A DNA stretch of 64,000 nucleotides from Armatimonadota bacterium (GTDB lineage: Bacteria; Armatimonadota; SYMT01): assembly GCA_046292385.1 (NCBI GenBank), contig JBKBRF010000008.1, positions 64,001 to 128,000 on the forward strand. Reading direction: 5' to 3'. Positions within the stretch are counted from its first letter, which is position 1. Each line of letters opens with the position of its first letter. Shown piece by piece: positions 1 through 9,854 of this stretch. Below the pieces are notes generated by a model. That model made no database searches, was not told where the DNA came from, and worked only from the letters and a program-made list of their open reading frames with translations. The position numbers and the translations under genes are program-made.

Positions 1-1006
1 CCCAGACCTGGGTAAAAGGAATCGGTGCACCGAGCCCGAAGCCGGCGCGCACGGTTTGGCGGGAGAGGCGCTGGACGTAGTCGACGCTGTCCGCGAACGT
101 CTGCTTCGTCACCGCGTCCGGCAGCCGCACGTAGTTGAGCCGGATATTCCGCTCCACCGCCGCGCGCACGTACCGCTCGATCGCGTCTTCCGGGGTGATC
201 CGCGCCATCTCGGCCGGGCTGATCGAGTGGACCCGCACCAGCCGCTCCTCCAGGCGGGCGGAGAGGCCGGCGTCGCCGCGCTGCTTCCCGAGCTCGATGG
301 TGCCGTAGAGCAGCCCCATGTCTTCAAAGAGGCGGGCGGTCTCCTCGATCAGCCCGCGGAAGCCGAGCACCTCGTCGCCCGCGAAGATGAAGGTGGTGGC
401 GCCGAGCTGCTTCGCCCGCCAGAGCTTCCACTGGAGCGACGGCGCGGTGAGCCCGGGCGGGTTGTAGACGCGGGCGATCGGCTCCAGTCCCGCCGCGCGG
501 ACCTCCCCCGCCGTGAGCGGGTCGATCCCCACCGGCGTGCCGCGCACGTCTTCCCAGCGTCCGAGGACGTAGATCCGGCCCCCGCCGAAGCCGGGGAAGG
601 AGACGCGGTCGCCGGCGATCGGCTGCTCCGTGGCGCCGCCCACCAGCCGGCTCACGTGGTCGCCCACCTGCTCCGCCAGCTCGGGTGGGAGCCCTTCCAC
701 CACGTACTCGCGACCGTCCGGCCGCTCCACCGCGCGCACCCGCAGCAGGCCGTCCAGCTCCAGGCCGGCCAGCGTGTCTTCCGTGAGCGCGATCCCGGTG
801 ATTCCGGCCGCCTTGAAGCGCCGGTAGGCCTCCGGCAGCGGGACCCCGGTCGCGCTGGCGAGCCCCCGCAGATCGGCGTGGTCGAGCACCAGCGAGACGG
901 CGCGGCTCCGGGCCTCGACGCCGTAGCGCTGGGTGAGGGTGGCGAGCGACGCGACGAAGCCGACGAACAGGAAGAGGAGCGGCAGCCAGTGGAAGCGGCG
1001 AAGCAT
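1..1006 (-). CDS. DUF5693-like membrane-anchored protein (partial, runs off left edge)
   Basis: Not in the ORF track because no stop is in the window. ATG at 1006 gives MLRRFHWLPLLFLFVGFVASL..., with an N-terminal TM and motifs FIFAGDEVLGF, RLVRVHSI and ERYVRAAVERNIRLNYVR that I recognise from DUF5693. Confidence 0.7.
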   Translation of the reverse strand, partial: MLRRFHWLPLLFLFVGFVASLATLTQRYGVEARSRAVSLVLDHADLRGLASATGVPLPEAYRRFKAAGITGIALTEDTLAGLELDGLLRVRAVERPDGREYVVEGLPPELAEQVGDHVSRLVGGATEQPIAGDRVSFPGFGGGRIYVLGRWEDVRGTPVGIDPLTAGEVRAAGLEPIARVYNPPGLTAPSLQWKLWRAKQLGATTFIFAGDEVLGFRGLIEETARLFEDMGLLYGTIELGKQRGDAGLSARLEERLVRVHSISPAEMARITPEDAIERYVRAAVERNIRLNYVRLPDAVTKQTFADSVDYVQRLSRQTVRAGFGLGAPIPFTQVW

Positions 1007-1121
1007 GGATGGTTGACCGGTGAGGCGGATCCGGCAGCGTCCGGAATGCGGCAACGGGCCGCGGCCTCCTCACCAGTGTAGCATCCCACGCCGGAAGTTC
1101 AGAGCCGGTCCGAGTCGGCCT

Positions 1122-1898
1122 CTACCGCCAATCGGTATTGTCGTAGCGGCGGCGGTAGCCGCCGTAGCCCTGATCGCCGCGGCTGTACTCCTCGTGACGG
1201 TGGACCACTCCCAGCAGCCGCCCCAGCACCACCCCCGTCACGAATCCGCCCACGTGCGCCGCGTATGCCACTCCGCCCGCGTTCTGCCCTCCCAGGGCGG
1301 TGGCGCCGCGGATGAACTCCAGCACGAACCAGAAGCCGAGCACGATCCACGCCGGCAGGGCCCGGGTGAACCAGATGAAGCCCAGCGGGATCAAGGCGAT
1401 GACCCGGCTGCCCGGGAAGAGCACCAGGTAGGCGCCCAGCACGCCGCCGATGGCGCCGGAAGCGCCGACCATCGGGATCGTGTCGCCGGGTCCGGTGGCG
1501 ATCTGCGCCGCCGCCGCCACGGCTCCGGCGAAGAGGTAGAAGAGGACGTACTTCACCTTTCCCATGGAGTCCTCGACGTTATTGCCGAAGATCCAGAGGA
1601 ACCACATGTTGCCGATGATGTGCATCCACCCGCCGTGCATGAACATGGAGGTGAGCAGCGTGATCGGCGCGGGATTCAGGTTTTGCACCACCTCCCCGGG
1701 CGGCAGTCCCAACTGGCGCCCGCCGTAGGCGTTGTCCGCCCCCTGCAGCAGCTCCGCCGGAATGAGGCCGAAGCGGATGACGGAGGTCTCCAGCCCGATC
1801 GAGAGCTGGTACAGAAAGACCAGCACGTTGATCAGGATCAGCGCGATCGTGACCACCGGCGTGGACCGGGTCGGGTTATCGTCATGCAGGGGGAGCAT
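1122..1898 (-). CDS. Rhomboid family intramembrane serine protease
   Basis: SMFMHGGWMHIIGNMWFL, GASGAIGGV (catalytic Ser) and AYAAHVGGF (catalytic His). Confidence 0.95.
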   Translation of the reverse strand: MLPLHDDNPTRSTPVVTIALILINVLVFLYQLSIGLETSVIRFGLIPAELLQGADNAYGGRQLGLPPGEVVQNLNPAPITLLTSMFMHGGWMHIIGNMWFLWIFGNNVEDSMGKVKYVLFYLFAGAVAAAAQIATGPGDTIPMVGASGAIGGVLGAYLVLFPGSRVIALIPLGFIWFTRALPAWIVLGFWFVLEFIRGATALGGQNAGGVAYAAHVGGFVTGVVLGRLLGVVHRHEEYSRGDQGYGGYRRRYDNTDWR

Positions 1899-1963
1899 CT
1901 TGTTCTCGAATAGCTGCTGATCCTGAGGGGCCGTCCGCCGCCCGCTCGCACACCGAGCCTATT

Positions 1964-3073
1964 CTACCCGGCACCCTCCACGGGCAACCGCGGGAGGCGC
2001 GCCGCCAGCCGCGTGAGCACCTCGTAGGGGATCGTCGCTGCCAGGTCTGCGATCTCCTGGGCGGTGATCTCCTCGTCCCCCTGCCGCCCCAGGAACACCG
2101 CTTCTTCGCCCACCTCCACCGGCGGCAGGTCGGTGACGTCGAGCAGCACCTGGTCCATGCAGACCCGCCCGCGGATCGGGACGCGCGTGCCCCGCACCAG
2201 GGCGGAGCCGCGGTTCGCCAGCGCCCACGGCAGGCCGTCCGCATAGCCGATCGGCGCCAGCGCCAGGCGCGAGGGCCTCTCGGTGGTCCAGGTGGCGCCG
2301 TAACTTACGGAGCGGCCGGCGGGGAGCTCACGCACCTGCACGATCCGGGCCTTGACGGAGGCGACCGGCCGCAGGGGGAACGGCAGCGCGCGCCGGGCCG
2401 GGGGGACGCCGTAGGTCACGAGGCCGCCGCGCACCCAATCGAGCCGCGCGGGCGGGAACCAGATGGCGGCGGCGCTGTTGGCGGCGTGCAGCACCGGTCG
2501 CGGCTTCCAGCGGCCTACTTCCTCCGCCACCGGCCGGAACCGCTCCCACTGCGCTTCGGTGACGGAGAGATCCTCGTCATCCGCGCAGGCGAAGTGGGTC
2601 AGCACGCCCCCCAGCTCCAACCCGGGGCTCTCCACCACGCGGCGGCAGAACGCGATCGCGTCCTCCGGCTCGATCCCGACGCGGGACATGCCGGTGTCGA
2701 CCTTCACGTGGACCGGCACGGGGCGGCCGTGTCGTCGCGCCGCGGCGGAGAGGGCGGCGAGCAGCTCGGGGCGGGTGACGACCGGCTCCAGGCGGTGCTC
2801 CAGCAGGAGGTCGGCCTGCTCCTCCAGGGAGAGGCCCAGCACCAGGATCCGGCCCGGATGGCCCGCGGAGCGCAGCTCGGCGCCCTCTTCCGGGAGAGCG
2901 ACCGCCACCCCGGGGCAGCCCGCCTCCAGCGCCGCGCGGGCCGTGAGGTGAAGACCGTGGCCGTAGCCATTCGCCTTGATCACGGCGAGAACCGGCCGGT
3001 CGCAGTGGCGGCTCAGCGCGCGGAGGTTGGCGCGATACGCGCCGAGGTCGACCTCCACCCACGCTGCCCGCAT
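1964..3073 (-). CDS. alr: Alanine racemase
   Basis: AVIKANGYGHG PLP-lysine motif, HVKVDTGMSRVG, VSYGATW, GYADG, GRVCMDQ. Confidence 0.97.
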   Translation of the reverse strand: MRAAWVEVDLGAYRANLRALSRHCDRPVLAVIKANGYGHGLHLTARAALEAGCPGVAVALPEEGAELRSAGHPGRILVLGLSLEEQADLLLEHRLEPVVTRPELLAALSAAARRHGRPVPVHVKVDTGMSRVGIEPEDAIAFCRRVVESPGLELGGVLTHFACADDEDLSVTEAQWERFRPVAEEVGRWKPRPVLHAANSAAAIWFPPARLDWVRGGLVTYGVPPARRALPFPLRPVASVKARIVQVRELPAGRSVSYGATWTTERPSRLALAPIGYADGLPWALANRGSALVRGTRVPIRGRVCMDQVLLDVTDLPPVEVGEEAVFLGRQGDEEITAQEIADLAATIPYEVLTRLAARLPRLPVEGAG

Positions 3074-3125
3074 GCCGCTCCGCCTCCGCCCTCGTCTTAA
3101 CCACGGATGGTGAGGCGCTCCGGCG

Positions 3126-3168
3126 GGGCCTCACCCCCAACCCCTCTCCTGCGAGGAGAGGGGAGCTC
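3126..3168. repeat. REP-like palindrome, family R2 (CCCTCACCCCC..CCCCTCTCC-loop-GGAGAGGGG)
   Basis: GGGCCTCACCCCCAACCCCTCTCCTGCGAGGAGAGGGGAGCT. Near-identical copies at ~9802-9846 (rc), 22341-22384 and 62441-62484 (rc). Confidence 0.85.
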
Positions 3169-3199
3169 TCGGTGGGATGCCGCGGCCAAACCGGGTCTC

Positions 3200-3236
3200 C
3201 CAACCTGCAACCTGCCAAGTTGCCAACCTGAAACCG
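3200..3236. repeat. Short degenerate heptamer tandem repeat (CAACCTG)n
   Basis: CCAACCTGCAACCTGCCAAGTTGCCAACCTGAAACC directly after the smc stop. Same motif at 13951-13985, 14004-14037 and 23835-23869. Confidence 0.7.
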
Positions 3237-3239
3237 GGG

Positions 3240-6200
3240 CTACGCCGGCTGCGGCGCCCGCTGCTCCGCCTCCACCTGGGCCACCAGCGGGTCCGCCAGG
3301 GAGCAGGAGAGCACCTTGCTCACGCCGCGCTCCTCCATCGTCACGCCGTAGAGCGTGTCCGCGGCTTCCATCGTGCCGCGGTTGTGCGTCACCAGGATGA
3401 ACTGCGTCCGGTGCGCGAACTCCTTCAAGATCGAGGTGAAGCGCCCGACGTTGCTCTCGTCCAGCGGCGCGTCGACCTCGTCCATCACGCAGAACGGGCT
3501 CGGCCGCACCTTCATCAGCGCGAAGATCATCGCGCCGGCCGTCAGCGCCCGCTCCCCCCCGGAGAGGAGAAGCAGGTTCTGCTGCTTCTTCCCCGGCGGC
3601 TGCACGATCACGTCGATGCCGGTCTCCAGCACGTCGGCGGGGTCGGTGAGCCGCAGCTCAGTCGTGCCGCCTCCGAACAGCTTCTTAAACATCTCGTCGA
3701 ACGCGGCGGCGATCTCGCGGAAGGCGCGCAGGAAGGTGTCGCGGCTGGCGAGGTCGATCTCCCGGATGGCGGTCTCCAGCTTACCGCGCGCTTCTTCCAG
3801 GTCGGCGCGCTGCCCCGTGAGGAAGTCGAACCGCTCCCGCGCCTCCGAGAACTGCTCCACGGCGGCGGGGTTCACCGCGCCGAGCGCCCGGATCTGCCGC
3901 CGCAGGCGCGCGATCTCCGCCTCCGGATCGGAAGAGGTGGCAAGCACCGCCTCCGCCGCTGCCTGGTCCCACGCGGCGCGGAGGCGCTCCACGGTGACCG
4001 GCTCCGGCTCCGGCGGCGCCTCTTCCCCTTCGGCGAGCGGCTGTTCTTCCGCGGCGGCGGTCTCCGGCTGCTGGAAAGCCAGGACCGACTCGACCCACTG
4101 CTCGCCCAGGTGGCGGTACTGCGTGTCGAGGGCGGCCAGCTCCACGTCGGCCCGGTGGCAGCGCTCCATCAGCTCCCGCAGCCGGGCGTTGAGGTCCTGC
4201 GTGCGGGCGCGCGCCGAAGCCGCCTCTCCCGTCAGGCGCGTCCGCGTCGCCGCCAGCGTCTCCATCTGCGCCCGGGCGGCATTCACCGCCTCCTGCGCGT
4301 CCGCCGCCTCGCCGGCCAGGGTGCTGAACGAGAGCCGCCGCTGCTCGCTCTCGGCGGTGAGGGCGCCCTGCTCCTTGAGACGCTCCGCACGCTGGCGGTC
4401 GAGGAAGCCGCCCGCCTCCACGGCGCGCCGCGAGGCGGCGATCGCCCCCTGCAGCTTCTGCTCCTGCTCCGCCAGCCGGACCCGCAGCTCGGTCGCGGCG
4501 CGCTCCGCCTCCCGGGCTTCCAACTCCAGGCGGCCGACCTCCGTCCGCGCGGCGCTCACCGACTCTTCACTATCGGTCTGGTCGGTCGCGGCCGGCGCCT
4601 TCAGCTCCTCCTCGGCGGCGGCGAGCGACCGCGCCGCCGACTCCGCCTCCCGCTCCAGGCGCGCCACTTCCGCCTTCGCGCGCTCCAGGCGCCCCTGCGC
4701 ACGGCCGACGTCCTGCCCGCGCCGGTCCGCCTCCCTGGCCTGGGCGCGGTGCTCCACGCGGGCCGCTTCCGCGCGGCTCTCCCGCTCCCGCAGGACGCTC
4801 TGCAGCCGCTTCAGCTCGGCGTCGGCGGCGCGCACCGCCTCCCGCGCGTCCGCTGCCCGCTGCTCCAGCTCCGGCAGCTTGCCGCGGAGCGTCTCCAGCT
4901 CTCGCCGGCGCGCCAGCATCGCCGCGGCGGCGCCCTCCGCTCCGAGCGCTCCGCCCCCGACCGCGCCGTGCGCCGCCCGCCAGGAGCCGTCCCGCGCCAC
5001 CCAGAGGTCGGGAGCGTCGCCCCGCTCTTCCACGGCAGCGGAGGCGAGTGCTTCCGGCTCGCAGACGCGGACGCGGCCGAGCAGCAGCCGCGCCCAGGCC
5101 AGCGCCGGCCCCTCCCCCGTCACCTGCTCTCCCAGCGATGCCGGCAGCGGCGCCGCCGGGCAGAGCGGCTCTCCCGGCAGCAGCAGCGCCGCGAGCTTCT
5201 TCCCCTTGAGCCACCTGAGCGCCGCGGCAGCAGCCTCCGGCGAGTCGGCGAGCACCGCGTCGGCGTAGACCCCCAGCGCCGCCTCGACCGCCTTCTCCAG
5301 CCCGGCGGGGACCTGCAGCCGCTCCACCAGCAGCGACCACTCCCCGGCGACCTCCCGCCGGCGCGCGGCGGCGAGGAGCTGGCGGGCCCCGGCGGCGGCC
5401 CCCTCCCCGCGCTCCCCCAGCTCCGTCAGCGCCTGGAGACGGGCGCTGTGGCTGCTCAACTCCCCGGTGGTCCGGTCCAGCGTTCCGCGCGCGGCGGTGA
5501 GCGCCTGCTCGGCAGCGCGCGCCGCGTCCCGCTCGACCTTGATCTCGCCGGTCAGCGCCTCGGCCCGCGACAGGTGCTCCGCCGCCGCCTTCTGGAAACT
5601 CTCCCGTTCGAGCCGGATCCGCTCCAGCTCCGCCTCGGCGTCTTCCAGGCTCTCGGCGGCGCGCTTGCGGTCTGCCGCCAGGCTCTCCACCCGGCCGGCG
5701 AGCGACTTCGCCCGCGCCTCCAGCTCCGACTGCCTCCGCGCGCGCGCCAGCCACGCCTGCCTCAGCAGCTCGAGCTGTTCCGCCGCCGCCTGGTGGATGC
5801 GCGTCTTCTCCCGCGCTGCCCCCTGCGCGGCGATGAGCTGCTGGCGGAGCTGGTCGACCTCCCGCTTGAGCTCCGCCTCGTCTCGCGCCGTGTTCTCGGA
5901 GCGGCGGACCTGGTCCTCGATCCGGCCGGCCAGCTCGTCCAGCTCCTTCGCCAGCGTGCGGAGGCGGCGCTGCACCTCTCCGGCGCGCTCCTCCGCCCGT
6001 GCCTTCTCCGCTTCGGCGTCGGCCACTCGCTTGAGACCGTCGGTCTCCGCGCGGCGGAGCGCCTCCGCCTCCACCTCCAGCGCCTCGAGCTGCTTTCGGG
6101 TCTCCGCCTCCGCGGCCTGGCCGGCGGCAAGCTCCTCCTCCAGCCGCTTGCGCTCTCCGTGCAGCTCCTCCACGAGCTGCGCCAGCCCGCCGCGCTCGAT

Positions 6201-6914
6201 CTGGAACCGCCGCAGTTTCGCGCCGTACCAGGCGTTCTCCACCTCCAGCAAGCGCGCGGAAAGCTCCCGGAAGCGCTTCGCCGCCGCGGCCTGACGCTGG
6301 AGCGGCCCGAGCTGCGCCTCGATCTCGGCGACGATGTCGTTCACACGGAGCAGGTTCTGCTGCGTGTGCTCCAGCTTCCGCTCCGCCTCTTTCTTGCGGA
6401 CCCGGTACTTCTTGATCCCCGCCGCCTCTTCGAAGATCTCCCGGCGATCCTCCGCGCGGACGCTCAGGATCTGGTCGATCTCTCCCTGGTTCACCAGCGA
6501 GTAGGCGTCCCGACCCACCCCGGTATCGAGGAACAGCTCGTAGATGTCGCGCAGGCGGCACGGCACCTGGTTGATCCGGAACTCGCTCTCCCCGGAGCGG
6601 TAGAGCCGGCGGGTGACGGTGATTTCGGTGAAGTCGAGCGGCAGGGCGCGGTCGGAGTTATCCAGCGTGAGGGAGACCTCGGCCATGCCGAGCGGCCGGC
6701 GCCGGTCGTTGCCGGCGAAGATGACGTCCTGCGCCGAGCTGCCGCGCAGCTCCCGGACGTTGTTCTCGCCCAGCACCCAGAGGATGGCGTCCGAGATGTT
6801 GCTCTTGCCGGAGCCGTTCGGCCCCACCACGCAGGTGATGCCGGGGTTGAAGACGATCTGCGTCTTCTGGGCGAAGGTCTTGAACCCGTGGATGTCGAGC
6901 TGCTTGAGGTACAC
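3240..6914 (-). CDS. smc: Chromosome segregation protein SMC
   Basis: GTG start gives (M)YLKQLDIHGFKTF. Walker A GPNGSGKSN, long coiled coils with hinge, LSGGE signature, Walker B CVMDEVDAPLD. Confidence 0.97.
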   Translation of the reverse strand: MYLKQLDIHGFKTFAQKTQIVFNPGITCVVGPNGSGKSNISDAILWVLGENNVRELRGSSAQDVIFAGNDRRRPLGMAEVSLTLDNSDRALPLDFTEITVTRRLYRSGESEFRINQVPCRLRDIYELFLDTGVGRDAYSLVNQGEIDQILSVRAEDRREIFEEAAGIKKYRVRKKEAERKLEHTQQNLLRVNDIVAEIEAQLGPLQRQAAAAKRFRELSARLLEVENAWYGAKLRRFQIERGGLAQLVEELHGERKRLEEELAAGQAAEAETRKQLEALEVEAEALRRAETDGLKRVADAEAEKARAEERAGEVQRRLRTLAKELDELAGRIEDQVRRSENTARDEAELKREVDQLRQQLIAAQGAAREKTRIHQAAAEQLELLRQAWLARARRQSELEARAKSLAGRVESLAADRKRAAESLEDAEAELERIRLERESFQKAAAEHLSRAEALTGEIKVERDAARAAEQALTAARGTLDRTTGELSSHSARLQALTELGERGEGAAAGARQLLAAARRREVAGEWSLLVERLQVPAGLEKAVEAALGVYADAVLADSPEAAAAALRWLKGKKLAALLLPGEPLCPAAPLPASLGEQVTGEGPALAWARLLLGRVRVCEPEALASAAVEERGDAPDLWVARDGSWRAAHGAVGGGALGAEGAAAAMLARRRELETLRGKLPELEQRAADAREAVRAADAELKRLQSVLRERESRAEAARVEHRAQAREADRRGQDVGRAQGRLERAKAEVARLEREAESAARSLAAAEEELKAPAATDQTDSEESVSAARTEVGRLELEAREAERAATELRVRLAEQEQKLQGAIAASRRAVEAGGFLDRQRAERLKEQGALTAESEQRRLSFSTLAGEAADAQEAVNAARAQMETLAATRTRLTGEAASARARTQDLNARLRELMERCHRADVELAALDTQYRHLGEQWVESVLAFQQPETAAAEEQPLAEGEEAPPEPEPVTVERLRAAWDQAAAEAVLATSSDPEAEIARLRRQIRALGAVNPAAVEQFSEARERFDFLTGQRADLEEARGKLETAIREIDLASRDTFLRAFREIAAAFDEMFKKLFGGGTTELRLTDPADVLETGIDVIVQPPGKKQQNLLLLSGGERALTAGAMIFALMKVRPSPFCVMDEVDAPLDESNVGRFTSILKEFAHRTQFILVTHNRGTMEAADTLYGVTMEERGVSKVLSCSLADPLVAQVEAEQRAPQPA

Positions 6915-7142
6915 GTGGGAAACCGGGCGAGGGGTACCGCTGGCGCGGGGTCGGTGGGTTTTCCATTCTAGCCGGTGGGAGGGCTGGGCGGAACCCATGG
7001 AGGGATTGTCGGCGGGCTCCAGGGAGTGGCTGTATGACGGGTGAGAGATTCGCGCTGGGAGTGATGCAGCGTTGGAACCGCGGGACCGCCCTCTTGCGAT
7101 AGTCGAGGGACTCCTTGTCCGGTTCGTGCACTACCATCGTGG

Positions 7143-7720
7143 GCAGCGTTGGAACCGCGGGACCGACCCCGAGCCCTAGTCGTCCGCTTCAGCCCTCCCG
7201 CGACGTGTGCCCTCCGCCGGCCCTTTCACACTCCGCTTCGCTCCGTTAGCGGGCCGCTCCGGGTGTTCAGCCTGGCATGCTCTTCCCGCGACTCCGCGCG
7301 CTACCGTGACAGAGGCCCAGTTCACGGGCTGAATCGGCCGCCGTCGAGCTACCGCCCCTGACACCCAGGGGCGGTCACAAAGGGCGTCCTCCGGCAGAGC
7401 CTACGGCTCCGCCTCCGAACGCCACTGGATAGGCCTTCGCTCGCGCTACCGAAGGAGCCTGGAGGCGCTGCCGGAGGCAGCGGCGGAAGGCTCCACCTGT
7501 GGGCACCCCTGGAGAGGGGTGGCTGCTTGAGCCCGGCGGAGTGGCCCGTGAGTCGTTGTATCGAAGAAGGCGCAGCGCCCGAACGCGGCGCGCAGGTCCT
7601 CGCCGCGCACGCCCGGACCAGCCCGTTAGCGCCGGAGGCGCGTGGGAGGGCTGAGGGAGGGCCAACCACGCGGGAGGGCCGGTCCGCCGGGTGAGGGCAC
7701 GGGGTGAAACCTCGGGAAGA
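7143..7720 (+). repeat. Large palindromic non-coding element, copy 1 (A unit ~7143-7425 plus inverted B unit ~7455-7720)
   Basis: Colinear with 16752-17422 (rc), 33637-34247 and 59896-60167. Conserved blocks CCGACCCCG.GCCCT, GCCCTCCCGCG, TTTCAC, TAGC, TCACGGGC and ACC.CCCCT..AGGGG.GGTCAC. Confidence 0.9.
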
Positions 7721-7883
7721 AGCGCTTCTCGTGAAGCGGAAGAACACCCCGGAGAAGGCCTCCCACCTCCCCCGCCGAAGTAGTCGATGGCGGCACGCAC
7801 GTTTTCGCCTAAGCAGGAGCCTGCCTGCTCGCCACAATCTAGGTCGGCACGCGCCGGGGCGTGCCGGTTGCCGGAGAGCCGCG

Positions 7884-8957
7884 ATGGCCCTGTTCCTGCA
7901 GATCCTGGGAATCCTGTTCCTCGTCCTGGTGCTGGTGGTGGTGGGAGGCTTCTTCCTGCTGCGCAGCAAGTTCCGCAAGGCGATGTCTGAACTGGTGGCG
8001 CAGGCCGAGGAGATGAAGTACGGGATCACCCCCACCCGCATCCACCTGCGCCGGCGGGACGCCGTGGCGTGGCAGAATCCGGAGGCGGCGGAATCGTACT
8101 CCAGCGCGCTCCTGGCCCTGGGATTCGAGGACGCGGGCAGCTACGACATCGAGGAGCTCGACTTCGTCCGCCTGCGCGGCTTCGCCCACCCGGGGGAGTC
8201 GGTCTACGCCGCCGTCTACGAGCACGAGAAGGCGGGCACGTGGTTCGACCTCGTCAGCTTCTACCAGGACGGCACCAGCGCCACCTACAGCAACGCGCCG
8301 CGCCTGGCGCAGGGGATGGACCAGCGGCCGGGGCATTCCAAGACGTTCGACAACGGCGCCGACCTGCAGACGCTGTTCCAGCGGATGCTGGCGGAGCGCC
8401 CCGGCGGCGCCCTCTCCCCCGCCACGACCTCCGGGTTCGCGAACGCGCTGGAGCGGGCCTACGCGGACCACATGGACTGGCGCCACGCCCGCGGCCCTTC
8501 CGAGGACGAGATCCGGTTCGTCGCCGCCGAGATGGGAGAAGAGCCCTCCGACGAGCAGCTCGCCGAGGTGCGGGAGCAGCTGGAGCTGCAGTCGCTCGCC
8601 GGTCTGGACGAGAGCCTGCGGGAGCGGTTTCTGGAGCAGTCGAGCCTCTCCGCCGCAGAGTGGGAAGCCGTGCGGGAGCGCGTGGTGATCGTCCACGACC
8701 GCCTCAAGCCGGAGATGCTCGCCGAGCGTTACACCGAATGGGTCAACATGTGCGGCGAGTACGCGGAAGAGGAGGACGAGCGGGAAGAACAGGACGACCC
8801 GGAGTACCAGAAGGCGCTCGCCGCCGCCCGCGTCTCCGAGCCCCGCGCCGCCTTCGCCGCCCTGAACGAGCAGCTCCCGGAAGAGAAGCGGTTCCGCCTC
8901 CTCGGCACCGTGACCTACCCCCTCCCCGCAGCCGTCTACGTCGCTCCGGAGGGATAG
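7884..8957 (+). CDS. Hypothetical membrane-anchored protein
   Basis: ATG after GGAGAG, N-terminal TM (FLQILGILFLVLVLVVVGGFFLL), strong GC3 codon bias, no recognised family. Confidence 0.85.
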   Translation: MALFLQILGILFLVLVLVVVGGFFLLRSKFRKAMSELVAQAEEMKYGITPTRIHLRRRDAVAWQNPEAAESYSSALLALGFEDAGSYDIEELDFVRLRGFAHPGESVYAAVYEHEKAGTWFDLVSFYQDGTSATYSNAPRLAQGMDQRPGHSKTFDNGADLQTLFQRMLAERPGGALSPATTSGFANALERAYADHMDWRHARGPSEDEIRFVAAEMGEEPSDEQLAEVREQLELQSLAGLDESLRERFLEQSSLSAAEWEAVRERVVIVHDRLKPEMLAERYTEWVNMCGEYAEEEDEREEQDDPEYQKALAAARVSEPRAAFAALNEQLPEEKRFRLLGTVTYPLPAAVYVAPEG

Positions 8958-8992
8958 GTCAGCTCTTCACTCGCTATCGCCCGTCGGCACTG

Positions 8993-9424
8993 CTACTGAA
9001 CCCCAGCCTGCCTGGCGCGCCGCGCCTCGCGCAGCCTGGCGAGGCGGCGCCGCATGATGCTGGAGTAGGCGCTCCCGACCATCCAGGCGCCGTAACCGAT
9101 CAGCCCGAGCGTGCGCCAGGGTTCTGGAGCGGCAACGATCGAGATGAGTTGGGGAACAGTGCAAGCTCCGGTGAGCACTCCTTCACCCACGAACACGATC
9201 CACGCTGGCAGGAAGCGTCTCAGCTTGGCGCGAGTCTCCGCCGGGTCCGCCCGGCTCCCGGTCCGGCAGAGGTAGATCCCCCACGCTGCGATGATCATCC
9301 ACGCCGCGCCTGGCAAGATCCACCACTCCGGCGCGTGAAGGATCGCCGCCACCTGCAGCGCTAGTCCTCCGAACACCAGGACTATCGCGAGCCCCGCCGG
9401 CGCCATCATCCGAAGAGTGCGCAC
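8993..9424 (-). CDS. Hypothetical small multi-TM membrane protein
   Basis: About four hydrophobic segments, AGGGG RBS-like sequence upstream of GTG. Codon usage is less biased than neighbours and the start is uncertain. Confidence 0.6.
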   Translation of the reverse strand: MRTLRMMAPAGLAIVLVFGGLALQVAAILHAPEWWILPGAAWMIIAAWGIYLCRTGSRADPAETRAKLRRFLPAWIVFVGEGVLTGACTVPQLISIVAAPEPWRTLGLIGYGAWMVGSAYSSIMRRRLARLREARRARQAGVQ

Positions 9425-9715
9425 GTTTGCGTCCCCTTTCGATGGATGAGACGCTGGTGATGCGAGCGAGTTGCGGGCGCTGTTAGGCTGCGCACGTTCC
9501 AGTTAGTCCAGCATTTCCGGCGGGCCGTCCTGCGCTCCGCAATCGTAGGCGAGATCGGTGTTGATAGTGCAGAGACGGAATGGGCCGGCCTCGGTCCGGG
9601 TCGGCGGCTTCCACCGCTCGAGTCCGGAACACGAAGCCGGCCCTCGCTTCCCGTGAGGGAATCGCCGGATCTGAGAAGCACCCCTGGCGGAGACGCTCCG
9701 GAATGTCGGCACTGC

Positions 9716-9846
9716 GGCGCGGCCTAACCCCCCAAACCCTCCCCCGTTCGAGGGACAAGCCTCACCAGAGAGGGAAGGGGAAGTTAGCCCGCTAATCACC
9801 AATAGCTCTCCTCTCCCCTCAGGAGAGGGGCCGGGGGTGAGGCCCT
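9716..9846. repeat. REP-like doublet, family R2
   Basis: CGGCGCGGCCTAACCCCCC...TCCCCCGTTCG.GGGACAAGCCT...TAGCTC.CCTCTCC..TCAGGAGAGGGGCCGGGGGTGAGGCCC, colinear with 62354-62484. Confidence 0.85.
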
Positions 9847-9854
9847 GTGAGGGA

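Noticed and set aside
3177..6971. 1264-aa plus-strand ORF and many similar long overlapping ORFs (e.g. 56-1081, 57946-59994, 60067-62148)
   Set aside because: Antisense or off-frame shadows of real genes, expected at this GC content. They are Arg/Gly/Pro-rich with no motifs.
7066..7165. Possible CRISPR array
   Set aside because: Only two 23-bp repeats, the repeat is the element terminus, and no cas genes are present.
7349..7800. ORFs inside the large elements with similar-looking peptides (PPGSSxHPSPGV...)
   Set aside because: The similarity reflects the DNA repeat. Frames, starts and stops are not conserved between copies.
9440..9505. Possible integron attC site (GCCTAAC on the minus strand at an ORF stop)
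   Set aside because: No matching GTTRRRY arm or attC-like fold-back follows, and no integrase is present.
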